Origin: Pseudomonas sp.
Lineage (GTDB): Bacteria > Pseudomonadota > Gammaproteobacteria > Pseudomonadales > Pseudomonadaceae
NCBI GenBank assembly: GCA_034006605.1
Contig: JAVESM010000008.1
Span: 34,081-98,080 of the forward strand
Length of the DNA: 64,000 bases
Reading direction: 5' to 3'
Shown here: positions 47,720 through 58,100 of the stretch, one piece after another
Layout: each line of letters starts with the position of its first letter
Position numbering within the stretch: the first letter of the stretch is position 1
Translations under genes and position numbers: made by a program
The notes under the pieces: generated by a model
What the model was told of the DNA's origin: nothing
The model's database searches: none
What the model saw: only the letters and a program-made list of their open reading frames with translations

Positions 47720-48579
47720 AGCAGTCGGTCTTGGCTTTGCAGCCAGTTCACATCAGCATGCATCAACTGCTTCAACACCCTTAATGCATGCTGCACGGGC
47801 TCGCTTGGTTGCGATTCAGCATAGACAACATACACCGGCCAAGAAAACTCAGGCGCATTCGGCACACGTTGCAGTGTGCCCTCGGCAATATGCTGCTCAA
47901 CGACGCGCGTTCTAAAATAACCACGCCCACCTTCCTGCAAAATGGTATGCAACGCCAGCGGACCTAAATTACAGCGCAGCGCACTGTGTGCATACTCCGG
48001 TAACACTGCATCATGCTGCTGGCGAAATAATACACCCCAGTCTACATAGATATAAGGCTCAGGCTGCTGCACAGATTGCACTTGCACCAATTTTTCTTCA
48101 AGCAACTGTTCAACCTGTAAGCCCGGCCAATAGTGTGGTTGATGCATCAATACGGCATCCAGTTCGGCACTTTCTAATTTTTTACACAACGTATTAACAT
48201 CATAGACGCTAGCATTCACCGCATAACTGCCCTGCAATTTAGACAACTGCATAAACCAGTCTTTTAACAGTGGATTCCACAAGCTAATTTCTGCCGCCAA
48301 GCAAACCTGTGCCTGTAAGCTCTCAGGGAAAGGCAAAGCGCTGCGCGCCGCCTCCCACGTTTGCAATAACTGATGAGCGTAATGGACAAAGTGCTCGCCG
48401 TGCACCGTCAAACTTGCGCCAGCACGATTACGCACAAACAGCGGGCAGTTGAGCTGAGCTTCAAGATTCTTAACCCGGGCGGTCACTGTGGTCTGAGTGA
48501 CGCACAACTGCTCAGCCGCAGCAATAAAACTACCGCAGCGAACAATCACTAGAAATGTACGAGCCAGCTCTATATCCAT
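47716..48579 (-). CDS. LysR-family transcriptional regulator
   Basis: N-terminal wHTH MDIELARTFLVIVRCGSFIAAAEQLCVTQTTVTARVKNLE plus a substrate-binding domain. Divergent from the DosC-like gene. Confidence 0.85.
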   Translation of the reverse strand: MDIELARTFLVIVRCGSFIAAAEQLCVTQTTVTARVKNLEAQLNCPLFVRNRAGASLTVHGEHFVHYAHQLLQTWEAARSALPFPESLQAQVCLAAEISLWNPLLKDWFMQLSKLQGSYAVNASVYDVNTLCKKLESAELDAVLMHQPHYWPGLQVEQLLEEKLVQVQSVQQPEPYIYVDWGVLFRQQHDAVLPEYAHSALRCNLGPLALHTILQEGGRGYFRTRVVEQHIAEGTLQRVPNAPEFSWPVYVVYAESQPSEPVQHALRVLKQLMHADVNWLQSQDRLL

Positions 48580-48702
48580 AACAGGCGATAACCACCGTTG
48601 ATTCAGTAAGCGGCTGAGTCTACCAAATTAAATGATCCAAAATTCTGGGCAAACTGCTGAAGAGTCTGCGACCATAGGCAAAATCATACTAGATTCACGA
48701 TT

Positions 48703-50064
48703 ATGACGCAGATATCAACAGAACAATTAGTTAAAGAATGGCACGCTCTACTCGATAACACTGCGGAGGGCATTTGTCTTTGCGCTAAACAGTTGGCTGA
48801 GCAACATGCTCCTGAATTAGCCAAAAGTTTTTATAAACACATGCTGGAAGACTCTGTCGCTGCACAGTTTTTATCCAACGAGCAAGTCCAAGAACGCCTC
48901 AGTGACTCGATGCAGCGCTGGATTATCACGCTGTTTAGCCTGACCCGTAATGATGATTTACGCCCAGTGATTGCCCAGCAAAAACATGTAGGGGATGTAC
49001 ACGCACGGATTAATATCCCGGTACATTTAGTTTTACGCGGCGCCCGCGTACTTAAAGAGACGGTTGCAACACTCTTAAATGGACACGCTCAGCAAAAAGA
49101 ATGCTTAGGTTTTATTGCTGGGCTTATCGATATAGCGATGGAAGTGATGAGCCAAGCTTATTCAGTATCAAACGATAAAAACTCACGCGCAGAAGAGTCG
49201 TACCGTTTATTTTCCATCGCACAAAACTCAGTGAATGAAAAAGAACGTCAGCGTGCGGCGCTATTGGACTGGGAAAACCAAGCCATGTTCGATATGGCAA
49301 TGGGACTGCAGTTTCCACAGTTAAGTACTTTATCAGCGTCTGAGTTTGGCTTGTGGTTCCGCCATAAAGGCGCACATGCATTTGAAGGCGCCACTGAAAT
49401 CGACTTAATTACTGCTGCCATTGAAAAAATTGATACCACCATTTTGCCCATGCTGCAATTGGCTCACCCTCAACCTGAACAGCACCAACAAGTATTACGT
49501 AACCTGCATGAACAAACGCGCAGCATTGCCTACCACCTAGAAACGCTATTTACGCAAGCCAGTGAATTAGAAAATGGTCGTGATGTGCTCACCCACTTAC
49601 TCAACCGTAAATTTTTACCGGTGGTGATGAGCAAAGAGATCAACTATGCCCGCGAGCACAAGCGTAATTTTTGCGTTTTAGTGATCGACGTTGATCACTT
49701 TAAACATATTAACGACAGCCACGGCCATGAAGCTGGAGACCTTGTTCTACAGCAACTGGCCGGTTTGTTAAGTAATGGCTGCCGTAGCGGTGACTATGTA
49801 TTCCGCCAAGGTGGTGAAGAATTCTTAATGCTGCTGGTCGACATTACTGCGCAGAAAGCAGCCAAAGTTGCAGAAAAACTACGCCATCTAGTTGAAGCAG
49901 AAGAATTTCGCCTACCACATGGTGTCGTACTAAGAGTCACCATCAGTATTGGTTTGGCACAATACGCTGGCCACCCAGACCCACAAAAACTGTTAAATCG
50001 AGCAGATGAGGCGTTGTATATGGCCAAAGGCGGAGGGCGAAATCAGATCATTATTGCCGACTAA
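48703..50064 (+). CDS. globin-coupled diguanylate cyclase (DosC/YddV-like oxygen sensor)
   Basis: Strong block similarity to my memory of E. coli DosC: FLSNEQVQERLSDSMQRWII, KHVGDVHARINIPVHLV (proximal His context), LIDIAMEVMSQAY, FGLWFRHKGAHAF. The C-terminal GGDEF domain has an intact GGEEF. Confidence 0.85.
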   Translation: MTQISTEQLVKEWHALLDNTAEGICLCAKQLAEQHAPELAKSFYKHMLEDSVAAQFLSNEQVQERLSDSMQRWIITLFSLTRNDDLRPVIAQQKHVGDVHARINIPVHLVLRGARVLKETVATLLNGHAQQKECLGFIAGLIDIAMEVMSQAYSVSNDKNSRAEESYRLFSIAQNSVNEKERQRAALLDWENQAMFDMAMGLQFPQLSTLSASEFGLWFRHKGAHAFEGATEIDLITAAIEKIDTTILPMLQLAHPQPEQHQQVLRNLHEQTRSIAYHLETLFTQASELENGRDVLTHLLNRKFLPVVMSKEINYAREHKRNFCVLVIDVDHFKHINDSHGHEAGDLVLQQLAGLLSNGCRSGDYVFRQGGEEFLMLLVDITAQKAAKVAEKLRHLVEAEEFRLPHGVVLRVTISIGLAQYAGHPDPQKLLNRADEALYMAKGGGRNQIIIAD

Positions 50065-50109
50065 GTCAGTCGGCCACACAGAAGCGCGTAGATAATTACG
50101 CAACATGTT

Positions 50110-50142
50110 AGCCTGCTCGACTGGTTTAATGTTAAGCAGGCT
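50110..50142 (+). terminator. possible terminator hairpin after the DosC-like gene
   Basis: 8-bp stem AGCCTGCT / AGCAGGCT with a 17-nt loop. The downstream T-tract is poor. Confidence 0.25.
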
Positions 50143-50272
50143 GCCGGTTTATTCTGTGCGGCCCTGCTGAATAGATTATCATTCACAAAGTTTCTGTTTG
50201 GAGCTAGCACACTGACCAGCGGTCTATTAGTATGCAGCTAGCTGTACCGACCACTTAATGTTTTGGAGTTTA

Positions 50273-50905
50273 ATGATGCGCAATTTAGTTATGTCAGTTT
50301 TATTGGTAGGCGCCAGCCTATTGGGCTCTACCGTGTTTGCGCAAGAATTGGTTGAAGGTCGTAATTTTGTCACCTTAAGTAGCCCTGTACCGACAGCACA
50401 ACCCGAAAAAATCGAGGTGGTTGAATTATTTTGGTATGGCTGCCCACATTGCTATCAATTGGAATCAACCATTAATCCATGGGCAGCGGCACTGCCTGAA
50501 GATGTCAATTTTGTTCGCGTACCGGCGATGTTTGGTGGTATTTGGAATGTCCACGGCCAGATGTTTCTCACTTTAGAAGCCATGAAAGTTGAAGACAAAG
50601 TGCATAACAGCATTTTTGATGCTTTACATAACTCAGGCCGCAAACTATCAACAGCTGATGACATCGCTAAGTTTGTTGCTGGACAAGGTGTCGATCAGGC
50701 GCTTTTTGCAAAAACCTGGAATTCTTTTAGTGTAAAAAGCCAAATGGAAAAAGCTAAGAAACTCGCTTTGGCTTACCAAATCAGCGGTGTCCCTGCCATT
50801 GTCGTCAACGGTAAATACCGTTTTGATATCGGTATGGCCGGTGGTTTGCAAGAAACAGTCGATGTCGCTGATGCGCTGATTGAAAAAGAACGCCAATCAA
50901 AATAG
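50273..50905 (+). CDS. dsbA: periplasmic thiol:disulfide oxidoreductase DsbA
   Basis: Signal peptide, active site WYGCPHCYQLE, and C-terminal GVPAIVVNGKY. The start is uncertain: 50258, 50273 or 50276. Confidence 0.88.
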   Translation: MMRNLVMSVLLVGASLLGSTVFAQELVEGRNFVTLSSPVPTAQPEKIEVVELFWYGCPHCYQLESTINPWAAALPEDVNFVRVPAMFGGIWNVHGQMFLTLEAMKVEDKVHNSIFDALHNSGRKLSTADDIAKFVAGQGVDQALFAKTWNSFSVKSQMEKAKKLALAYQISGVPAIVVNGKYRFDIGMAGGLQETVDVADALIEKERQSK

Positions 50906-50914
50906 GATAATCCC

Positions 50915-51781
50915 GTGCTGATGCCTCGCCGCTTTAGCAAAGAACGCTCAATTATTTTATGTGATGCCAATCATAATCCGCTGTGCATCCCTGATGCCAC
51001 GCCGCGTAATCAGCAGCGCATTCGTTTATTGAGTTTTAATATTCAAGTTGGCATCAGTACCAGTGCATACCGTCACTACGTAACCCGTAGCTGGAAACAC
51101 TTACTTCCGCATCAGGAACGCTACAGAAATTTAGAAAAAATCGGTTTCTTGCTCAATGATTTTGACATTGTTGCTCTGCAAGAAGCCGACGGCGGCAGCT
51201 TACGCTCAGGCTATATTAATCAAGTAAAGCAACTTGCGCAGCTGGGTAATTTCCCTTATTGGTACCAACAGCGCAACCGTAATCTGGGCCCTTTTGCGCA
51301 ACACAGCAATGGTTTGTTAAGCCGCTTACAACCCAGTCAATTAGAAGATCATCCCCTCCCTGGCCCTGCTGGGCGCGGCGCTATCTTAGCGAAGATTGGT
51401 GACGGTGTTGATGCCATCGCCGTCGTGTCCATGCATCTGGCACTGGGTACACGTGCACGTAATCGGCAACTGGATTATGTCCGCGAGATTGTCAGCGACT
51501 ATCAACATTTTGTGTTGATGGGTGATATGAACACACAAGGGCATGAATTATTAAGCAACTCACCGTTGAGTACGCTGAATCTTCATGCACCACAAGCTGC
51601 AGCGACCTTTCCAAGCTGGAAACCACAGCGTTGCTTAGATCATATTTTAATAAGCGCTGAGCTTCAAATCGAAAATATGGCGGTGTTACCAATACCCATT
51701 TCTGACCACTTACCCGTGGCAATGGATATAATACGACCCAACCCGACCACGACGCCTCTTGGTCAGATGCTCAAGCACTAA
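50915..51781 (+). CDS. endonuclease/exonuclease/phosphatase (EEP) family protein
   Basis: LLSFNIQVG, ALQEADGG, LMGDMN and ISDHLPV motifs. Confidence 0.7.
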   Translation: MLMPRRFSKERSIILCDANHNPLCIPDATPRNQQRIRLLSFNIQVGISTSAYRHYVTRSWKHLLPHQERYRNLEKIGFLLNDFDIVALQEADGGSLRSGYINQVKQLAQLGNFPYWYQQRNRNLGPFAQHSNGLLSRLQPSQLEDHPLPGPAGRGAILAKIGDGVDAIAVVSMHLALGTRARNRQLDYVREIVSDYQHFVLMGDMNTQGHELLSNSPLSTLNLHAPQAAATFPSWKPQRCLDHILISAELQIENMAVLPIPISDHLPVAMDIIRPNPTTTPLGQMLKH

Positions 51782-51793
51782 GATGGATTGGAT

Positions 51794-53599
51794 ATGCAAA
51801 ACGATGCTTTGCCATGGAAAGAAAAATACTTTGAGTTGCTAGACAAGCAAGAAGAACTCGAATTACTTTTTAATGCGCAAATTGATCTGCTTAAACGTGG
51901 TTTGGTTCGTAGTAGTTTAGCGGCCGAAGGCAACGATGAGCAACTTGACGCTAACCTGCAAGAATTACGTAAACTGCTACGTAAAAGCGCCAGTAATACT
52001 GAGCTAGAAATCCAAATAAATAGCCTCGAAAAAGCCGTTATCAAGTCCGAGGAAAAGAGCAACAATCGTAAAGCCGCCATCACCGAGGCATTAGCCAGCT
52101 TTTCTGAACAGTTACAGCAACTGCAACCGCCGAAAGAGGTGCAGCGCGCACTGAAGTCATTTGAAAAGAACTTGACTAAAAAGATCGCGCAACCTTATAG
52201 CCTTTATCCCCTGCTCTGTGAGCTTAAAGCACTTCAGCAACAAACCTTACAGGCCACTATCAATGTTGGCGCACCGACACAAGCTACAGCACAAGGTTTG
52301 TTAGCACGCCTGTTCAAAATAAATGAATCCGCTGCCAGCGCCAGTAACACTCAAAGCACACCTCCGGAGCCTGACTTCACCGCGGATAATCAAGCAGTGC
52401 TCACGTCTGACGAAAGAAACCCGTTGGTCGAGCAAGTATCAACCGACACGCAGCCGTTGGCTGACGCAGTAGTCAATACCCAAAGTAATGATCACTATGC
52501 GCTACCGCAATTGATTGAACCCACTTACAGCTCAGTCGCAAAACATATTCACGATACGCTGATCGCATTGCTCAACGACCTACCTATCATCCGTAGCCAT
52601 GAGCAGCAAATATTAGCACTGCGCGCACGCATTAATAACGGGTTAAATTGGTACGAGCTTGCGCCATTACTAGATGAGCTATCGATTATTATTCTAGCCA
52701 TTGCTAATGGCGGGCAAAATGAACTGGAGCAATACCTGCTACAGCTCAATAATCGCTTAATCTCGTTTCACGAAAATTTACAAGCGACCTCACAGGGTTA
52801 CCAAGCATCTGCCGCAGACGCGCAAGCACTGGATAATGACTTACGCCAGCATGTCAGCAATATTCAAAGTGACGTGCAAACTTCAAAAGATTTAAATGAC
52901 TTAAAGAAACTTGTGGAAATACGCCTCGACGGCTTCATTGAGAGTTTGCAGACCTATCAAGAAAAACGCATGCAAAGCGAGTCCGATATACTTGTCCGCT
53001 TCCAAGCATTAGCTGAACATTCGCAGCAAATGGAACACGAGGCGCAACAACTGACGGACAAACTTGAAGAGCAACGCCAAAAAGCGTTGCTTGACCCTTT
53101 AACAGGTATGGCTAACCGCGCCGCTTTAAACGAGCGCTCTGAGTTAGAGTATGCACGTATCCAACGTAATAATAGCTCACTCTTACTGACCATTATTGAC
53201 ATTGACTATTTCAAGCGCATCAATGACAGCTACGGACACTTAGCCGGCGATAAAGTGCTGAAGATCATTGCTCAAGAACTCAGCAAGCGTTTACGAAAAA
53301 CAGATTTCATTGCACGCTTTGGTGGCGAAGAATTCGTAATACTCCTGCCTGAAACACCGTTAATGCACGGCAAGCAGCTCCTTGAGACATTACGCCTTGC
53401 AATTGAAGCCTGCCCCTTTCACTTTCGGGGCGAGCCGGTGACTATTACGTTCTCTGCAGGTATTGGTCAAGTGTCACCCAAAGAGTCCTTAGAGGAAGCC
53501 TTTGAGCGTATTGATCAGTCTTTGTATGCGGCCAAAAAAGCGGGCCGCAATACAGTAATCGTGGCGGCCGCAAGTAAGTTAGAGCAGCCGGAAAGTTGA
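51794..53599 (+). CDS. diguanylate cyclase with a long N-terminal coiled-coil region
   Basis: About 430 aa that is coiled-coil and Gln-rich, then a GGDEF domain (LTGMANR..., RFGGEEFVILL). The dsbA-EEP-DGC order matches my memory of P. aeruginosa PA5489-PA5487 (dgcH). Confidence 0.8.
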   Translation: MQNDALPWKEKYFELLDKQEELELLFNAQIDLLKRGLVRSSLAAEGNDEQLDANLQELRKLLRKSASNTELEIQINSLEKAVIKSEEKSNNRKAAITEALASFSEQLQQLQPPKEVQRALKSFEKNLTKKIAQPYSLYPLLCELKALQQQTLQATINVGAPTQATAQGLLARLFKINESAASASNTQSTPPEPDFTADNQAVLTSDERNPLVEQVSTDTQPLADAVVNTQSNDHYALPQLIEPTYSSVAKHIHDTLIALLNDLPIIRSHEQQILALRARINNGLNWYELAPLLDELSIIILAIANGGQNELEQYLLQLNNRLISFHENLQATSQGYQASAADAQALDNDLRQHVSNIQSDVQTSKDLNDLKKLVEIRLDGFIESLQTYQEKRMQSESDILVRFQALAEHSQQMEHEAQQLTDKLEEQRQKALLDPLTGMANRAALNERSELEYARIQRNNSSLLLTIIDIDYFKRINDSYGHLAGDKVLKIIAQELSKRLRKTDFIARFGGEEFVILLPETPLMHGKQLLETLRLAIEACPFHFRGEPVTITFSAGIGQVSPKESLEEAFERIDQSLYAAKKAGRNTVIVAAASKLEQPES

Positions 53600-53627
53600 G
53601 TGAGCCGTTCATTCCATGTCAGCCTAT

Positions 53628-54101
53628 TTAAATCAGCTTTAAATCAGCCAACTGTTGCTCAAGCGCAGCTAAATCTGGAATCTTGGCAATTTCACCATCG
53701 ATACTGACCGCATCCAGTTCTAAAGGCTGTAATGACTCATTAGATAAGCGCTGCAAGCTCATATCGATACGCGTTGAGCGTGGAATACCCTTAATCAGAA
53801 GAGCAAAAAAGCGGAACTCCGGACGACCACCAATAGCATTAATGATCACCACCCGCGCATTATCTAAGGTTGCCGAAGTCTGGCTTGAGGCCGCTTCAAA
53901 TGACAGTAAAGGCAAGCTTAAATCACGCCAGGCGATTTGCCCAAGTAGCCAATTAGGTGAGTTTACTGCAGGCTGCACATTTCGGTAGGCCACCAACTCA
54001 GCAACCGCTGTGTTAGGCAGCAACAATAAACGATCACTCAAAGTCAGCAATAAACCGGTGATCTGGGCCACTGCCTGTTCGGTAGCAACTGCTTGGGTCA
54101 T
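53628..54101 (-). CDS. chpC: CheW-like coupling protein of the Pil-Chp system (ChpC-like)
   Basis: 157 aa single CheW-like domain. ATGA overlap with the upstream chpB. Confidence 0.72.
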   Translation of the reverse strand: MTQAVATEQAVAQITGLLLTLSDRLLLLPNTAVAELVAYRNVQPAVNSPNWLLGQIAWRDLSLPLLSFEAASSQTSATLDNARVVIINAIGGRPEFRFFALLIKGIPRSTRIDMSLQRLSNESLQPLELDAVSIDGEIAKIPDLAALEQQLADLKLI

Positions 54102-55162
54102 GATATCTTCCTTTCAACGTCATCATTATATTGTGTGTATTGATTTAATACATGCTGCACCAATGCCTGCGCTAAGCCCTCTGGTGTCGCACTCAACGAG
54201 CTGTAACCCGCGGCACGCACACTATCAGGCATGCTCGAACAAGCACAGCTTTCAGCACTTTGCGTCCACACTTGTGCACCTTGTTGCTGTACATACTCAG
54301 CAGCAACGCTACCGTCACTGCCCATACCACTAAAAACAATCACACCACAATGGTGCCCATAGTATTGCGCTAGATTACACATCATCTGCTCAATAGAAGG
54401 ACTATAAGGCCCGCTCCAAGGTGTCTCAAATACTTGCATGTAACCATTATCAGCAAAGCTTAATTCATGTTGCACAGGAGCAATCACTACCTCACCTTGA
54501 CGCACACACGGGTACTCACTAAACAAACGCACTGGCCATGCACTGTGGCGTCCGACTGCTTGCGGTAAATGACCTTCAAAGCTTGGGTCAATGTGCTGTG
54601 CATAAATAAAACCGATCGGCAAACCTTTAGGCAGTACATCCAAAAACGCTTTGACCGCTTGCGGGCCACCCATCGAAGCGGCTAATAACCATACCTTTTG
54701 CGAGGGCTCCTGCAAGCACGCCTGTTTAGCCAAACGCTGAGGCAACTCAATACGCGGTAATTGTCCGGAGTTTATTGACATAATCGATGATGCTTCGTTG
54801 ACGGTTTGCATAACATCCATATGCGGCGTCAAGCACATAATTTTCTTAAGTAAACTACGCTCCCAGCGTGGGTAATCTTCAGAGCTACGTTCAGGCGCAG
54901 AACCTTCGCCAAACAAGACAGGGGCGCTCGGCTCAGTTAAGAAATACTCTAGAGCAATGCAATCTTGGTCAGTTGAACACAGCGCATCATACAACCATAA
55001 ATCAGTTTGACAGGCCCGCAGAGCATCAATGTCTAAATGCTGCGGGGCACTATTGAGAACAACTTGATAACCTTTCTTTAGTAAAAACTGCTGCAAGATA
55101 TGCCGTTGCAGGGACGTATCCGCAACAACGGCAATTCGAATCACAGCAAGATCAGTCATCAC
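54098..55162 (-). CDS. chpB: CheB-type protein-glutamate methylesterase with N-terminal receiver (ChpB)
   Basis: Receiver-like N-terminus. Esterase motifs AASMGGPQAV and FSGMGSDG. Overlaps the 3' end of chpA by 11 nt. Confidence 0.8.
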   Translation of the reverse strand: MMTDLAVIRIAVVADTSLQRHILQQFLLKKGYQVVLNSAPQHLDIDALRACQTDLWLYDALCSTDQDCIALEYFLTEPSAPVLFGEGSAPERSSEDYPRWERSLLKKIMCLTPHMDVMQTVNEASSIMSINSGQLPRIELPQRLAKQACLQEPSQKVWLLAASMGGPQAVKAFLDVLPKGLPIGFIYAQHIDPSFEGHLPQAVGRHSAWPVRLFSEYPCVRQGEVVIAPVQHELSFADNGYMQVFETPWSGPYSPSIEQMMCNLAQYYGHHCGVIVFSGMGSDGSVAAEYVQQQGAQVWTQSAESCACSSMPDSVRAAGYSSLSATPEGLAQALVQHVLNQYTQYNDDVERKIS

Positions 55163-58100
55163 TCTTAATCAATTTATGAATTGCTTCAAGCAATACAGTT
55201 TCTTGATAGGGCTTTCCTAAGTAATCGTTTACCCCGATCGCCATCGCACGTTCACGGTGCTTTTCACCAGTACGCGAAGTAATCATGATAATCGGTAAGT
55301 CTTTCAAGAACTCATCATGGCGCACCAGCGTCGCAACCTCAAAGCCATCCATACGCGGCATCTCAATATCGAGCAGCATAATGTCGGGTTTAGTTTCTTG
55401 CAGCAGGGCAATCGCATCCATCCCATCTTTAGCGGTTAACACGCTCATACCATGACGCTCGAGTAAACGCGTCGTCACCTTGCGCACAGTAATTGAATCA
55501 TCCACCACCATTACCAGCGTGGCAGCACTCTTATCTGAATCAACCGCATCTAATCGCGTCATCTCAGAAGCACTATGCAGTCCCTTACGCGCATACTCAG
55601 TACGAATCGTTGCCAGCAAGTCAAGAATAACTACGACTCGCCCATCCCCTAGAATGGTCGCACCAGAAATACCATGCACATTTGCGAATTGTGAGCCTAG
55701 GCTTTTTACTACAATCTCGCGTGAGCCAGCCAACACATCCACTTGCACTGCAACCGCATACTCATTAGAGCGTACTAAAATCACCGGCAAAGGCAGCGTC
55801 TGTCCGACCAACTTTGGATGCTGACCATTATTAAGTAAATCACCAATGTATTTAAGTTCGTATGTTTGTCCGGCATACTCAAAGCTCGCCGCCTGACCTT
55901 CTTTACGCTCTTGCTCGTAAAAGGCTTCAAGCTCATAAGGTGATATCCGCACAATACCTTCAATAGTATTCAATGGAATAGCATAGGAATCTTCACCTGC
56001 CATCACCATCAATGCGCGGTTCACCGATACTGTAAACGGTAAGCGAATATAGAATGTCGTACCTTTACCCTGCTGCGAATCAATACTAATTGAGCCACCG
56101 ATTTGCTTAATTTCAGAACTCACCACGTCCATCCCGACGCCACGCCCAGAAATCTGGGTAACTTGGCCTGCAGTCGAAAAGCCCGCGTGCAAAATAAACT
56201 GCATCACTTCTTGATCGGTTAACCCAGAGTCAACCGTCATTAAACCGCGTTCAATGGCTTTATTACGCACAGCCGGCAGGTTAATACCCGCACCATCATC
56301 AGAAAGCACCAATAAAATATCGGCACCTTCACGACTCAGCTCTAAGCGAATGGTGCCGCTGGCAGGTTTACCTGCGGCGCTACGCTGCTCTGCAGATTCG
56401 ATACCATGGTCAACGGCATTACGCAGCATATGCTCGAGTGGCGCAAGCATACGCTCAAGCACGCTACGATCCACTTCGCCCTCAGCGTTGGCCACTAAGA
56501 ACTCAACACTTTTACCCAGCTCACCTGAGACTTGACGCACCACACGACGTAAACGAGGCAGCAAGCGTTCAAATGGCACCATGCGTGTACGCATCAAGCC
56601 TTCTTGCAGCTCAGTATTGACCCGAGCTTGCTGTAACAACAGCGTTTCCGCATCACGGGTACGCACCCCTAAGGTTTCTTTTAAGTCTAATAAATCCGAA
56701 GATGACTCAAAAAGCGCACGTGATAATTGTTGTAACTGTGAGTAGCGATCCATTTCTAGCGGGTCAAATTCTTCATAACCGGCTTTTTCAGTTTCAGCTT
56801 GGTGACGGCTTAAAATTTGCGCCTGCGTTTCAGTATCTAAACGTCGTAATTGATCCCGCACACGATCAATCGTCGCTTCCATTTCACCTAAGGTAAAACC
56901 AAAGTCACTGACTTGCTGCTCAACACGGCCCCTGAAAATAGAGGTTTCCCCGGCTAAGTTAACCAGTTCTTCCAATAACTCAGCCGGCACCCGTACCAGT
57001 TCTTGCGGTGCACGTTGCGAGCTCATCTCTGCCGCTTGCTGTTGCGCTTTTTCTACAAACGGTAACACGCGGTGTTCAACGGCCTGACGAGCTACGTGGC
57101 TGACGGCAACAATCGGTTGGGCCAGTTGTAACGTTTGACTGACTTGAGGTTGCGCCTGGATCGGCTGGATAAGTTGTTGCGCTTGTAAATGCTCAGGTAA
57201 TGTCTTGCGAATCGCGGCAACTTCAACCACCAATTGCTCATAAGCACGATGTAAATCGATCGATAAATTTTCAGGCCAAGGCTGACCTTGTTGTGCTGCA
57301 GCAAATAACGCCCCTTCTAAAGCATGGCTGATATCACCAATGCGCGGCACTGCAGCTAAACGCGCACCACCTTTTAGGGTATTTAAAACACGTAAAGCAT
57401 CTTGTATTGCCTGCTCAGACTGCTCATTACTATCAAACGCAGTCAACGCCACATTGAGCTCAGCTAAAAGCTCATCGGCTTCAACAATAAAGATGCTCAG
57501 CACTTCATCATGCTTGCCTGAAGATGGCGCTTGAGCAGGCTGTAACTGCACACTGCCAGGAACATCAAGTTGCTCGTTAGGATTACGGCGCATATGCGCA
57601 ATCTGCGCAATTAACGCTTGTCCATCCGGCACATCTTTATAATCACGTACCGACTCTAGCATTACGGCCAAAGTGTCGTGACTGTCTTGCAGTAGATTAA
57701 CGACCGGCGCGCTAGCTTTTAACTTGCCGGCGCTTAGGTCTTCATACAAAAATTCAAGTTCATGCGCCAAATCACCAATCTCAGGGATTTCAGCCATGCG
57801 CGCACCACCTTTGAGCGTATGTAAATCTCGCTGCAAAGTTTCGAGCTCTAAAGTGTTATCAGGTTGGCCGATCCAGCGTAACAGTGCCGCAGTGGCACTC
57901 TCAATAATTTCGAAGCCTTCCTCAAGAAAAATTTCAACTAACTCTGGATCGCGCAAGTCAGCAACAGAGTCAGCCGTATAACTGATTTGATTTTCAGTAA
58001 CTACCTGTTCTACTGGTTGCTCAATAACATTCAGTTCTGCTGCTACAATGTGCTCCGCTTCAAGTAAATCAAGGTCAGCGGCAACATCAGCTGACTCAGG

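Noticed and set aside
50257-50281. My base-by-base reading of the printed sequence at the dsbA 5' end seemed one base out of register with the ORF-track translation (MFWSLMMR|NLV...), which hinted at a frameshift.
   Set aside because: The computed track shows one continuous ORF, and downstream coordinates check out exactly. I attribute the discrepancy to my manual reading. The mature DsbA is unaffected whichever Met is used.
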